A stretch of DNA of 63,914 nt, the filler included, from Octopus bimaculoides (Eukaryota): NCBI RefSeq assembly GCF_001194135.2. It is 4 parts of 4 records of this genome, joined end to end, with 100 filler letters (N's around TTAATTAATTAA, not from the genome) between each part and the next. Parts side by side here need not be neighbours in the genome. Positions count along the whole stretch, not along the records: positions 44,586 to 59,986 come from NC_069008.1; 3 more parts are not named here. One strand, written 5' to 3'. The position numbers and the translations under genes are program-made. The notes beneath the pieces are model-generated. The model was not told where the DNA came from. It did not search any database and saw only the letters and a program-made list of their open reading frames with translations. Shown piece after piece: positions 47,040 to 59,400 of the stretch (position 1 is its first letter; every line of letters begins with the position of its first letter).

Positions 47040-47850
47040 GTTTTATTGTGTCTTGGGAGGTTCATTATGCCAATAATAATAAACACACGCACAGGTTCAA
47101 TTCCACTTCTTTATTGCTAGTCAATTGGTTAAAAATCTAACCAACTAATTAATCGATTGTTTGTTTTAATGTGTTCGTTAAACAATCAATTGGCTGTTTG
47201 TTAGTCAAAGTTCGTTTATCACTGTTTGCAACTTTTCAGTGGCTTCTTTAATGTTTATGTTAAGACTCACCCCTAACACAACAAAATTTGTTTTAACACA
47301 ACAAAATTTGTTTTAACACAACAAATACACATTCAAGAACCTTGCAAACCAAATAAAAAGAAAATGAAGTTTAACAATGTATCCATATTTTTATTGTAGT
47401 TTTGTTATGTCTTGGGAGGGTCATCACGCCAATGACAATAACAACAACACAAGCACAGTCCAATTCCACTTCTTTATTGTTAGTCAGCTGAAACAACTAA
47501 CCAATCAATCATTTGTTTAATGTGCTGGTTAAACAATCAATCAATTATTTGCTAGTCAAAATTTTTTCTTTGCTGTCCATCTCCTTTTTCTGTGACTTTT
47601 TTTAATTATTGGTGTTAAAACTCTCCCAAGACAACAAAATTTGTTTCAACATAAGAAATTCATATCAAGAATCTTTCAAACCAAATAAAAACAAGATGAA
47701 GTTTAACAAAATGTCTGTATTGTTATTGTAGTTTTGTTGTTTCTCGGGTGGGTTGTTATGCCAAAATAACACATGCACAGGCCCAATATCACTTCCTTTA
47801 TTGTTTGTCAATTGGTTAAATATCTGACCAACTGACTAATCGACTGTTTA
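47040..47850 (+). repeat. Three tandem units of about 350 bp, each with internal inverted termini
   Basis: ttgttatgtcttgggag (about 47402) versus ctcccaagacaacaaaa (about 47623); units start near 47040, 47395 and 47725. Confidence 0.75.
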
Positions 47851-47854
47851 TCTT

Positions 47855-48075
47855 TTTACCTTTTGCTTGTTTCAGTCATTAGAATTGTGGCCATCCTGGG
47901 GCACCGCCTTCGAGAATTTTTAGTCAAATGAATTGACCCCAAGTACTTAAGTTTTTTAAGCCTGGTACTTAGTCTATCAGTTACTTTTGCTGAACCACTA
48001 AGTTAGAGAGACATGAACACACCAACAGCGGTTGTCAAGTGGTGGTGGGGAACAAACGTAGACACAAAGACGCAC
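47855..48075 (-). mobile_element. OR2-like SINE 3' half
   Basis: Homology to other copies. Confidence 0.8.
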
Positions 48076-48076
48076 C

Positions 48077-48116
48077 GGCCATGACGAAGGGAAATAGCCC
48101 TGAAACTCGAGTCGCC
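48077..48116 (+). ncRNA. Minimal hammerhead motif with a 1-nt insertion in the core
   Basis: GGC-C(a)TGACGA-aggg-aaatag-ccct-GAAAC-tcga-GTC-GCC. Confidence 0.6.
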
Positions 48117-48259
48117 TTTANNNNNNNNNNNNNNNNNNNNNNNNNNNNNNNNNNNNNNNNNNNNNNNNNNNNNNNNNNNNNNNNNNNNNNNNNNNNNNNN
48201 NNNNNNNNNNNNNNNNNNNNATTTTGGGCTTTGTGCCTAGTGTAGAAAAGATTTTTTAT

Positions 48260-48470
48260 TTGGGCGGCGAGCTGGTAGAATCATTAGCACGTCGGGCGAA
48301 ATGCTTAGCGGTATTTCGTCCGTCTTTATGTTCAGAGTTCAAATGCCACGGAGGTCGATTTTGTCTTTCATTCTTTCGAGGTCGATAAATAATGTACCAG
48401 TGATGCACTGGAGTCGATGTAATCGACTAGTCCCCTCCCCTCAAATTTCGAACCTTGTGCTTTTACTAGA
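48260..48470 (+). mobile_element. tRNA-headed SINE with Nin/Deu-like domain
   Basis: ggcggcgagctggtagaatcattagcacg head; ttgtctttcattctttcgaggtcgataaataatgtaccagt. Confidence 0.75.
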
Positions 48471-48489
48471 AAGGATTATTATTATTATT

Positions 48490-49017
48490 GAGGGAGAGAG
48501 TAACGCATGTCATCAAAGTGACAATATACGAAGCCCAGTATACCCATCATGAGTACCCAAGGGTACACCAGGCACATGCGTCACAATCATATGTGCACGA
48601 CATGGTGATCTCATATCATGATAAACGGCACTTGACCTTGCAGGTGGGGTCCAGTTAGAATTTTCTTGAGGTCGAGTAGCCCATCCCGCTCAAAAGGTCC
48701 TTGAATAAGGGTTGTTTAAGGACGTTGAATGAAACATCTATGTTTCCGGAGGCGAATTATTCAAACTCCTAAGAATTCTTCTCGACACATGGCTATGATG
48801 CTCCCCCACTACTTCTGCTCGTGACCAGAGATGCACATATCGTCAGCCACCAAGGGACATGCTCAACTGTTTAAGATCAAACAACTGACAAGCAAATCTG
48901 TGATATTAAGCAGAATATTTGCTGTGGCCCATCTTTTATACCAAGACAAAACAATGTACATGATAACACTTCCAATCATTTAAGATGAGAAGCCATGAGA
49001 GCTACTACCTTGTACTG

Positions 49018-49018
<1 letters not shown>
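48490..49018. mobile_element. Approx. 530-bp non-coding repeat lying between two (ATT)n tracts
   Basis: Complex sequence bracketed by (att)n at 48476-48489 and 49019-49055; recalled as a common octopus repeat, but single-copy in this window. Confidence 0.45.
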
Positions 49019-49052
<34 letters not shown>

Positions 49053-49057
<5 letters not shown>

Positions 49058-49260
49058 TCTACCTTAGCGAAAGCGGAGGTATTGTTTTCAGTCGTGTTTG
49101 TTTGTTTGTTCGTGGATTTGGATGAAACTTTCAGGGATTAGATTTTGGAATCGATCCTGTACCGGATAAGGATTCTTTTATTTTACTTGTTGTTTTACTT
49201 AATTTTTGTGAGTGGTCGGGTTCAGTTGTAGTATTCGCGTTTGTGAGAGGAGTCGAGGAT
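49053..49260 (+). mobile_element. HINE-like element of the 'attacctc..cgaaagcggaggt' type (second copy 52670-52862, minus)
   Basis: attgttttcagtcgtgtttgtttgttt..gtgga..tggatgaaactttcaggga shared by both copies. Confidence 0.65.
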
Positions 49261-49324
49261 GTTGGTGTTGCCTTGGTGGAGGTTTGCACTTTCTGAGTAC
49301 TCTTGTTGTTGTTATTATTATCAA

Positions 49325-49515
49325 GGTGGTGAACTGGCAGAATCTTTAGCACGCCGAGCAAACTGCTTAACGGCATTCTGTCTGTCTTTACATTCTGAGT
49401 TCAAGTTCCGCCGAGGTCGACTTTGCTTACAAAGAATAAGTCCTGGGGTCGATTTGCTCGACTAAAGGCGGTGCTCCAGCATGGCCGCAGTCAAATGATT
49501 GAAACAAGTAAAAGA
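49325..49515 (+). mobile_element. Chimeric SINE: Nin/Deu-type 5' part fused to an OR2-type tail
   Basis: ...ccgaggtcgactttgc|ttacaaagaataagtcctggggtcg... junction at 49426/49427. Confidence 0.75.
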
Positions 49516-49547
<32 letters not shown>

Positions 49548-49839
49548 AGTGTGTGTGTGTGATTGCGTGTTTATGTCCACGCAACATAGCGGTTCGTCAT
49601 AAGCGACCGACAAAATAAATATTGGGGGTCGATTCATTCGACTACAAATTCTTCAAGGCGGTGCCCCAGCATGGCTGACTGTTGTCTAGTAACTGAAACA
49701 AAAGATACATAGATAACAACAGTAGGCAGTGATTTGATGGAGATTCGGCTGCTATTTCTAACAGGTTTCGTTACCATTTAGAGCTCTACCTCGTTGGCTT
49801 ATACAAAAGAGGTTCGTGGTGGTCACTTCACAGAAGTGT

Positions 49840-50420
49840 TATGGATGTTGATGATGATGATGATGACAATAACGACGATGACATTAATGATGACGGTGGT
49901 GGTGGTGGTGGTGGGGAGGGGTAGTTCGTCATCTTGGTGAAAGCTGCTACAGTCAAATGTTGCTGTTGTTGATGATGATGATGCTGACGATGAAAATGCA
50001 TGCGGATTGCAATGGTTATGGTAATCTGTGAAGGTGAAGGTGATGATGATGATGATGATGATGATGATGACCATGCTGATAAAATGATTATGGGGATGGT
50101 GGTGATGATGTTGATAACGATGATGATGACAACGATGACGGCGACGACGATGATGATGATGACGATGATAAAGATGATGGTGGTGGGAGTGATGATGATG
50201 ATGATGATGATGTTAATGACTGATGATGCTGATGGAGACGATGGTGATGATGACGACGACGGCGACGACGATGATCATAAAAATGATGGTGGTGGTGATG
50301 TTGATGACGATGATAATGATGGAGACGATATGATGATGATGATGGTGGTGATAACGATGACGGCGACGATGATGATGATGATGGTCAAGCTGGTTTGTGG
50401 TGGAGCCGATGGTGGTGGTG
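49840..50420 (+). repeat. Degenerate (GAT/GGT/GAC)n low-complexity tract
   Basis: Directly visible trinucleotide repeats. Confidence 0.95.
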
Positions 50421-50977
50421 ACAGCTCCAGTTACGGTATGTTAATATATACGTCCAGGTGGGCAGGCGGGGGTGACAGGCTTATTTCATTTTCCTGGTCA
50501 AGCGATCGATTCATTGATTAATCNNNNNNNNNNNNNNNNNNNNNNNNNNNNNNNNNNNNNNNNNNNNNNNNNNNNNNNNNNNNNNNNNNNNNNNNNNNNN
50601 NNNNNNNNNNNNNNNNNNNNNNNNNNNNNNNNNNNNNNNNNNNNNNNNNNNNNNNNNNNNNNNNNNNNNNNNNNNNNNNNNNNNNNNNNNNNNNNNNNNN
50701 NNNNNNNNNNNNNNNNNNNNNNNNNNNNNNNNNNNNNNNNNNNNNNNNNNNNNNNNNNNNNNNNNNNNNNNNNNNNNNNNNNNNNNNNNNNNNNNNNNNN
50801 NNNNNNNNNNNNNNNNNNNNNNNNNNNNNNNNNNNNNNNNNNNNNNNNNNNNNNNNNNNNNNNNNNNNNNNNNNNNNNNNNNNNNNNNNNNNNNNNNNNN
50901 NNNNNNNNNNNNNNNNNNNNNNNNNNNNNNNNNNNNNNNNNNNNNNNNNNNNNNNNNNNNNNNNNNNNNNNNNNNNN

Positions 50978-51023
<46 letters not shown>

Positions 51024-51199
51024 TCATACATGTGCATTTATAAGTATGTATGTACGTACATGCCTGTCTGTGTGTCTGTCTGTCTCTTCATTTGTCTGTC
51101 TGTTTGTCTTTCTCTTTATCTATCTATCTATCTATCTTTCTCTTTATCTATCTGTCTGTCTGTCTGTTTGTTTATCTATCTATCTATCTATCTCTGTCT

Positions 51200-51678
51200 T
51201 TTACTTGTTTCGGTCATTGGACCGTGGCCATACTGGAGCACCGCCTTGAAGTTTTTAGTCGAACAAATTCCTTCCATTGCTTTTGTTATAAGTCTGGTAC
51301 TTAATATATTGGTCATTTGGCCGAACTGTTAAGTTACGGAGTCGTGAACAAACTAGTATCGGTTATCAAGTGGTGGTGGGGGACAAACACAGACATGAAG
51401 ACACACACATACACACACACATACACGACGGGCTTCGTTCAGTTTCCATCAAGCTTTGGTCGGCCCAAAGCTTGATAGAAGATAATTGAACCTGGTTGGG
51501 AAATAAACAGCTTACCACACTGTCCTGTGGATGCGTAGTAAGAAGTCTGCATTCTAACCACATGGTTCCGGGTTCTGTCTCACTGCATGGCATCTTGGTC
51601 AAGTGTCTTCTACTATAGCCTCGGGCTGACCAAAGCCTTGTGAGTGGATTTGGTAGAGGGAAACTGAAAGAAGCCCGT

Positions 51679-51680
<2 letters not shown>
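51200..51680. mobile_element. Two OR2-like SINE pieces, 51200-51500 (-) and 51530-51680 (+)
   Basis: Homology to 53225-53615. Confidence 0.75.
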
Positions 51681-51722
<42 letters not shown>

Positions 51723-52124
51723 TATATATACACACATACACAAACAGATAGGTAAATCGATCATCGGTAAGTTAAATCTATAGCAAAACAGTCAGTTGCA
51801 GATAGATAGGTAGATGACAGTGGTCAGTGTGATGGAGGGCGTAAGCGCAACGAAGCATACGAAAATGAAGTCATGTGGTCCCAAGCGTAGAGAAGTGTGC
51901 TGAAATGGAAAGATGTTAAATTGCGATGTTGTTGTGTTTTTCTTGATGTTCAGCCCCAGGTTTATCCTGACGAGCAAGCAAAAGCTGCTTTCCACATGTG
52001 ACCATTCCTCACATTTTCTTAAGTGCTGGGAGCCAAGAGTAATTTATTCCAACGTTCCATTTTCTTAGACAGTAGAGTGTGGGTTGAGAGAGATGTAACT
52101 GCTATAGATATCAGGTAGAGGCTC

Positions 52125-52375
52125 GTACATACATGACGCTGAACCTTCTTTCTGAGTCATACGGATTCATGGGGCCAGTTTCCCGGGGTTTGTGGCGTAT
52201 ACACCTTTCCCCCTGGATGGGACGCCAGCCCGTCACAGGGTTACTCATTTCTGCCAGCCGAGTGGACTGGAGCAGTGTAAAATGAAATGTTTTCCTCAAG
52301 AGCACGGTGCATCGTCCGGTCTAGGAATCGAAACTGCAATCTTACGATCATGAATCCAACACATTAACAGAGGAA
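52125..52375 (-). mobile_element. SINE of the 31160-31400 type
   Basis: cctggatgggacgccagcccgtcacagg..ctgccagccgagtggactggagc..gaatcgaaactgcaatc. Confidence 0.75.
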
Positions 52376-52862
52376 ACAATAACAGTTAGTAGTACGATGA
52401 TCCCTAAAAATGACAACACCAGCAGTAGCAACAAGTTGACAAGGACAATAACCACAGTAAATGCAATAACAGTAACAATAATGCAGTTTGAACAACAACA
52501 GCAACATAATAATAATAATAATAATAATATTTCTTTCTACAATAGTCACAAGGCCTGAAATTTTGTGGGGAGGATGCCGGTCGATTACATCTGAAATAAA
52601 CTCGGCTGCTCTCACAAATGAGAATACTAAAAATGAACCCGACTGCTCTCAAAAATTGAGTTAAAAAACTGGGAAAATAACCCAGAATCCTTGTCCGGTA
52701 CCGGATCGATCCCAAAATCTAATCAGTTCGTGCCAGTCACGAGGCCAAACATCCTTGAAAGTTTCATCCGAATCCATCCAGTGGTTCTTGAGATATCTTG
52801 TCCACGGAGAAACAAACAAACACGACTGAAAACAATACGTCCACTTCGCTGAGGCGGAGGTG

Positions 52863-52910
<48 letters not shown>

Positions 52911-53224
52911 ATAATAATAATAACAGTAGCTGCAACAACAGTGACAGTAACATCATCTGCAACAAGATCTATCTTAACAACAATATTGTTATGAACAAAA
53001 GACAATCGCTAGTCATCAATATTTATTTATTCATTCAAGTGGCATCACGTCACACCTCACTACACAACCGGTCAACCGCATCGTTTCACATCAGTCATTT
53101 CACTACACCGCCCCCCACCACCCACACCGTCACCATGAGCCATCGCCCTTTAATGCACTGCGATCTGTATGTGGTCGCAAGAGCTGTTAGAAATAGCAGT
53201 TAAATGCCCCCTCAAATCATGTGT

Positions 53225-53615
53225 ATAGGCGCAGCGGTGGCTGTGTGGTACGACGCTTGCTTCTTAACTGATTGGTTGCAGGTTCAGTCCCACTGCGTGG
53301 CACCTTGGGCAAATGTCTTCTACTGTAGCCCTGGGCTGACCAAAGCCTTGTGAGTGGATTTGGTAGACGGAAACTGAAAGAAGCCTGTCGTTTATATATA
53401 AGTATGTATTTATGTGTGTCTTTGTGTCCGTGTTTGTCCCATACCACCGCATGACAACCGGTATTTGTTTGCTTACGTCCCCGTAACTTAGCGGTTCGAC
53501 AAAAGAGACAGACAAAGTACCAGGCTTAAAAATGTCCTGGGGTAGATTTGTTCGTCTAAAACCCTTTAAGGCGGTGCTCCAGCATGGCCGCAGGTCAAAT
53601 GACTGAAACAAGTAA
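53225..53615 (+). mobile_element. Full-length OR2-like CORE-SINE
   Basis: ggcgcagcggtggctgtgtggtac head, ggttcagtcccactgcgtggcaccttgggcaa, internal TA/TG patch and complete tail. Confidence 0.85.
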
Positions 53616-53623
53616 AAGATATG

Positions 53624-53662
<39 letters not shown>

Positions 53663-53679
53663 AGACAAGGGATGCCTTC

Positions 53680-54270
53680 TCGTAGCTAGTAGTGTTAGAA
53701 ATATCAGCCTAATGTTCCTCAAATCACACCCTACTATCTTACGTTTGCATATCTATGTATGATACGAGAGGGATTGGAGCTAGTAGTGTTGGAAATAGTA
53801 GCCAAATCTTCTTCAAATCACTCCTGACTGTCTAATGTATGTATATGTGTGTGAGACAACATGGGTGACCTCTTCATGTTAGCTAGACCTGGTAGAAATA
53901 GCAGCCAAATATTCCTTTAAATCACACAGTTTTCTCTGTCTCAATGTCTGTCTGTCTGTATGTATGTATATATGTATGTATAATTCGACTTGAGAGTTTT
54001 TTACATGGTAGTTTGACCGAAGAAAAATAGCAGCCAAATCTCCCTCAAATCACATCCTACTATCTTATATAGATAGATAGATATGTGAGAGAGAGAGAAA
54101 GAGAGAGCCAATGAAAGTGACCTCTACATGGTACCTAGATGTGTTAGAAATATCAGTCAAATTTTCCTCAAATCACATCCTACTGTCTTATGAATGTATA
54201 GAAATGTACGTGTATGTCCAGGAAGGAGACCCCTGTGTGGTAGCTAGATCTGCTAGAAATAGCGCTGCAG
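53680..54270 (+). repeat. Array of six approx. 55-bp conserved motifs separated by microsatellite-like spacers
   Basis: Consensus tagctag...tagaaatagcagccaaat.t.cctcaaatcacatcctact.tctta near 53683, 53778, 53880, 54005, 54128 and 54238. Confidence 0.8.
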
Positions 54271-54530
54271 CCATTCACCTGATCGCAACACATCATACAG
54301 TCACTTCACCGTTTAAACCGCACCACGCTACACCACCGCCATCAACAATGATGACCGCCACCACCACCACTACCTGCACCAGCGACAACGCCACCCCCAC
54401 CACCACTATCATTACCTGTGCAATTAACCACCTCTATCCTTTCGTCACGCTTGCACGACTCGTTTCACCCTCGACTTGCTAACGATGTATCCTCCGTCTT
54501 GAATCTCCTCCTCCTCCTCCTCCTCCTCCT

Positions 54531-54574
<44 letters not shown>

Positions 54575-54579
<5 letters not shown>

Positions 54580-54862
54580 ACGTAGCTTAGTGGTTAGGTT
54601 GTTCGACTCACGATCGTAACGTTGGGAGTTCGATTCCTGGTAGCGCGTTGTATCCTTGAGCAAAATACGTTGCTCCTGTCTACTCAGCTGTAGATGTATT
54701 TTTTAAAAAAAGCAAAAACAAACGAAAAAGCAAATACAACTAGACTTGTCACATTCTGTGTCATGCTGAGAACTACTTCAAGAGTACGCGTGTCTGTGGA
54801 GTACTCAGCCACTTGAAGTTAATTTCATGATCGGATCAACTGGAACTCTCGTTGTTGTAACC
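54575..54862 (+). mobile_element. SINE of the 41195-41512 type
   Basis: Same head, ccttgagcaa middle and OR1-type tail. Confidence 0.75.
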
Positions 54863-55329
54863 AAGCAGTTTATATATTCTTTTACTCTTTTATTCTTTTA
54901 CTTGTTTCAGTCATTTTCACTGCAGTTCGGGGACGTAAACAAACTAACACTGGTTGCGCTATTCAGCAGCTTGCTGCAAATAAAATGCCGGGTGACAGCA
55001 CAAAGCGCTGATGTGAATAAAATACCAACTTGTTACCAGTTCAAATAGGCTTGAGGCATATGTCGGGAATAGCATAAGAGGGATCTATGTTGTTGTCAGT
55101 TTCGGAGCATCTGCCTTTCTGGCCTCTGGTGCGGAAGAAGAGATAACCGCTACGAAATGCATGCGTCCAGCAGGTCCTCTATTGGACTCCTAAATGTATT
55201 TCTGGATTGTCGTATTTTTAGAAGTTAGAATACGTTACAAACATATTTGACTCAACCTAAAGTTTGTTTATTTACCATCACTGCTTCACTCTACAATTTT
55301 ATGTATTATGTATGTCTCTTCTATTTATT

Positions 55330-55921
55330 AATAATTATAAATCTTCCACTGATGAGGTGGGGGGCGCTTTCGCCGAATGTCCAAACGCTTCAAAAACGTC
55401 ACAGTGGAACTCTCAGTTGACGGTCTGGCCCTGGGGGACAAATTCTCGATACACAGTACCACATTTCCGAGGGTGACGCTCGTGGCAGGTATTCTATATC
55501 GCTTATCATCTTCCAGGGACAATCTTCTGCCTTTGAAGCGCCCGTACCATTCGAAGCGTTGCGTGCGGCCCATTGTCTCGTCACCGTAAGCTTACCGAAG
55601 CATGCTCAATTGAAGAGGTGTGTATGTGTGTTATAATGTGTGTGCTACTGTTTGTGTGCTGTTGTGTGTGTTTTATAGTGTGTGTGTGTTTGTCGTATGT
55701 ATGTGTGTGCTGTTCTGTGTGTGGCAGACTTCGTAAGTTTAACGCATAATTTCACGTTGGTTCTTTGTTCTTGTCCATGACACGTGATCACAAATTTCAC
55801 TGCAATGTCACTCGGTACACTGCCACATCAAGATCACTGCTAGCTCTCACTGCGCACACAAATTGCTGTCATCTATTGGCGCGCTCCAGAATTAGTCCGT
55901 GAACATATTGATACCACCTCG
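55330..55921 (-). mobile_element. Internally deleted, 3'-truncated mariner relic
   Basis: TA|CGAGGTGGTATCAATATGTTC end at 55921; MGRTQRFEWYGRFK...SLEDDKR..PATSVT HTH fused to ...LKRLDIRRKRP. Confidence 0.75.
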
Positions 55922-56069
55922 TAGAATAACCACACACACACACACACACGGTCGACAGTACACGCATCTATAAACACACACATAAACACACAATGCTTCT
56001 TCGGTTATACGTACACTTCAGCACGCGCGCGCACACACACGCACACAATATTTTCAACCGTTTGCTCTA

Positions 56070-56168
56070 ACTTCAATACACACACAGACAACCATAAACG
56101 CACACACGCACAGCAGCACACACATAATACAACACACACACACACACATTACAGCGCAGATACACATA

Positions 56169-56205
<37 letters not shown>

Positions 56206-56830
56206 TTTCGATTATAGACACACATTTTCACACCTAACCACACACACAGACGCACATATATGCACACACACGTATATATATATACACAGCTACCACCACC
56301 ACCACCACCACCTTTGCGATAGCAGGTACCACCACCACCACCACCACAATCACCTCCATCACAAACACCACAACCACGACCACCAATGTTACCACAGGAA
56401 GTACTACCACCACAGCGACCTCCACCAACATCATCACAGCCACCTCTACCACCACCACCATTACAGCGACCTTCACCACCACCATTACCACCACCACCAC
56501 CACCACATCCACCTCCACCACAATCACCTCCATCACTTACACCCCCACCATCGTCACAACAATTAAGCACTCTTAGCGTTAATCGAATTTAAGCGCTTGT
56601 CATTACACTTGATGGGAACAACAACCGTAACCCCTCCCTTTTCTTTTCCCTCACTACCACCAGCACCAGCACCACCTTTACTACCACTACTACAACTACC
56701 ACTACAGCTACTACTACTACCACCACTACCACCACTACCAACCACCACCACCACAACTACTAACCACCACCACCACCACCACCACCACCACCACTACTAC
56801 TACTACTACTACTGCTACTACTACTATTAC
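56070..56830 (+). repeat. (CA)n and (ACC/ACT)n low-complexity tract
   Basis: Directly visible. Confidence 0.95.
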
Positions 56831-57091
56831 CACTATAAAAGTGCTTGGATAAGTTGTCAAAGGGTTCCTTGTAAATTGGGGAAGTAAAAAGGACTGGATG
56901 GTCACAGTTAGAACGCCTTTGATCATAGGTCTTACTGGATCACTGAACAACTCTACAAATGCCAGGAACCTTTCACATAACAGCTAGACATAGAAGCTAA
57001 ATCCCACCTTCTCACCTGCCCCCTTAAAATCAAACCTTACCGTGTTATGTATGTATGTATCTATCTATCTATCTATCTATCTATATATATG

Positions 57092-57151
<60 letters not shown>

Positions 57152-57400
57152 NNNNNNNNNNNNNNNNNNNNNNNNNNNNNNNNNNNNNNNNNNNNNNNNN
57201 NNNNNNNNNNNNNNNNNNNNNNNNNNNNNNNNNNNNNNNNNNNNNNNNNNNNNNNNNNNNNNNNNNNNNNNNNNNNNNNNNNNNNNNNNNNNNNNNNNNN
57301 NNNNNNNNNNNNNNNNNNNNNNNNNNNNNNNNNNNNNNNNNNNNNNNNNNNNNNNNNNNNNNNNNNNNNNNNNNNNNNNNNNNNNNNNNNNNNNNNNNNN

Positions 57401-57520
57401 NAATTTACAGAAAACAAAAGACGAATACAGGTGATGGAACAAGCTGGTGTATTAGTTTGACGCTTGGGAAGAATGAAAAGGTATTTGACGTTTCAAGCCT
57501 ACGCTCTTCGACGGAAAAAA
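57401..57520 (-). mobile_element. Third copy of the (TA)n-adjacent hammerhead element
   Basis: 57517-57482 reads TTTT-CCGTCGA-agagc-gtag-gctt-GAAAC-GTC-AAATA. Confidence 0.65.
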
Positions 57521-57554
57521 AATTCGGGCCTTGTGCCTAGAGTACTATATGTAT

Positions 57555-58115
57555 GTATGTATACTACGGGCTTATTTCAGTTTCCGTCTACCAAATCAAT
57601 TCACAAGGCTTTGGTCGGCACGAGGCTATAGTAGAAGACACTTGCCTAAGGAACCACGCAGTGGGACTGAACCCGGAACCATATGGTTGGTAAGCAAGCT
57701 ACTTACCACATAGCCACTCCTACAAGGGTGACTTCTATATTGTATCTGTATCTAGTAGAAATAATGACCAAATCTCACTCAAATCATACTCTCTCAAAAA
57801 TGGGCCAAATTGGATAATGTGGATCTGGGTTATCTGTAAAGAACAAAAAGACAGGATGATCACGGTTGGAAACATATTGATTATATGTTCGGGGTTAAGG
57901 GGTGACTTGGGGCTAAATCATAATGATTCGAAATTTTGGCAAAAGCCCAGCAGTTTCGGAGGAGGCCATAAGTCGATTACATTGACCCCCCCCTCCCCCA
58001 GTACGCAACTAGTTCTTAATGTATCGACTCGGAAAGGATGAAAGGCAAAGTCGACCTCGGCGGAATTTGAACTCAGAACGTAAAGACGGATGAAATCCTG
58101 TTAAGCGTTTCGCAT
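57555..58115 (-). mobile_element. OR2-like SINE 5' half (57555-57720) and Nin/Deu-like SINE (57900-58115)
   Basis: Homology to other copies in the window. Confidence 0.75.
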
Positions 58116-58129
58116 CTTCATACTAACCC

Positions 58130-59314
58130 TGCTACCTCCACCACGATCACCATGACCACCACCACCACCACTTCTAAATTCTACTTCACTACCACCAACA
58201 CACACATACACACACACATACNNNNNNNNNNNNNNNNNNNNNNNNNNNNNNNNNNNNNNNNNNNNNNNNNNNNNNNNNNNNNNNNNNNNNNNNNNNNNNN
58301 NNNNNNNNNNNNNNNNNNNNNNNNNNNNNNNNNNNNNNNNNNNNNNNNNNNNNNNNNNNNNNNNNNNNNNNNNNNNNNNNNNNNNNNNNNNNNNNNNNNN
58401 NNNNNNNNNNNNNNNNNNNNNNNNNNNNNNNNNNNNNNNNNNNNNNNNNNNNNNNNNNNNNNNNNNNNNNNNNNNNNNNNNNNNNNNNNNNNNNNNNNNN
58501 NNNNNNNNNNNNNNNNNNNNNNNNNNNNNNNNNNNNNNNNNTACCATCGTAACCGCTACCACTACTCCCATTACTACAACCACCGCCATAACCACCAACG
58601 CCACCCTACCACTGCTGCCTCCACGGCTACACATACACACTACCACCGCCGGACAAACCTACCACCTCTAACCCCTGTTCTACCACCACCACCACTTCTA
58701 AATTCTACTTCACTACCACCAACACACACATACACACACACATACACCACTTCGACGTATAACACTACAACCATCACCACCACGTCTACACTCCGCTCTA
58801 CTAACATCACTACCACCATTGCTAACACCTCTACACGCTGCTCTCCTACTACGATCAACACCACCACAATCACTACCAACACCATTTCCCCCACTACCAC
58901 TCATGCTACCACACGCCAGGAGTACCACGACCACCAGCGGCGCCACCACCTACAGCAACACAACCACCGCTACCAGCACCACTACCACTACCAACACCAC
59001 CACTGCTACCACCAACACCATCACTACCATAACCAGCACCACCATTACAGCTATCACCACCCTCACCGTCGTCACTACCACCACCACCACCACCATCATC
59101 ATCACCAACGATCACCACCATCGAACTACACCACCATCAACACCACCACTAACCAGACAAATGCGATGCACCGTCCCCATTGCGAAACCCACTTTCCGCA
59201 CACCACCACCACCACCACCAACGTCAACACCATGTTGCCCACCTTCATTCCCCACCTTTCGCCATCACCCTACTCACCACCGCCTCCCCCTCACTCTCCT
59301 TCCTTTCCGCCACA

Positions 59315-59373
<59 letters not shown>

Positions 59374-59400
59374 GCCCACCCCTGCCCACCTCTGCCGCCA
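58130..59400 (+). repeat. (ACC/CAC)n low-complexity tract with a gap
   Basis: Directly visible; the long ORFs here are compositional artefacts. Confidence 0.9.

Noticed and set aside
53680-54270. CRISPR array
   Set aside because: Eukaryotic context, repeats too divergent, spacers are microsatellite-like, and no cas genes.
55349-55385. CTGATGA-ggtg...cgcc-GAATGTC hammerhead look-alike
   Set aside because: Lies within the antisense of the mariner coding relic, lacks GAAA and has no stem I.
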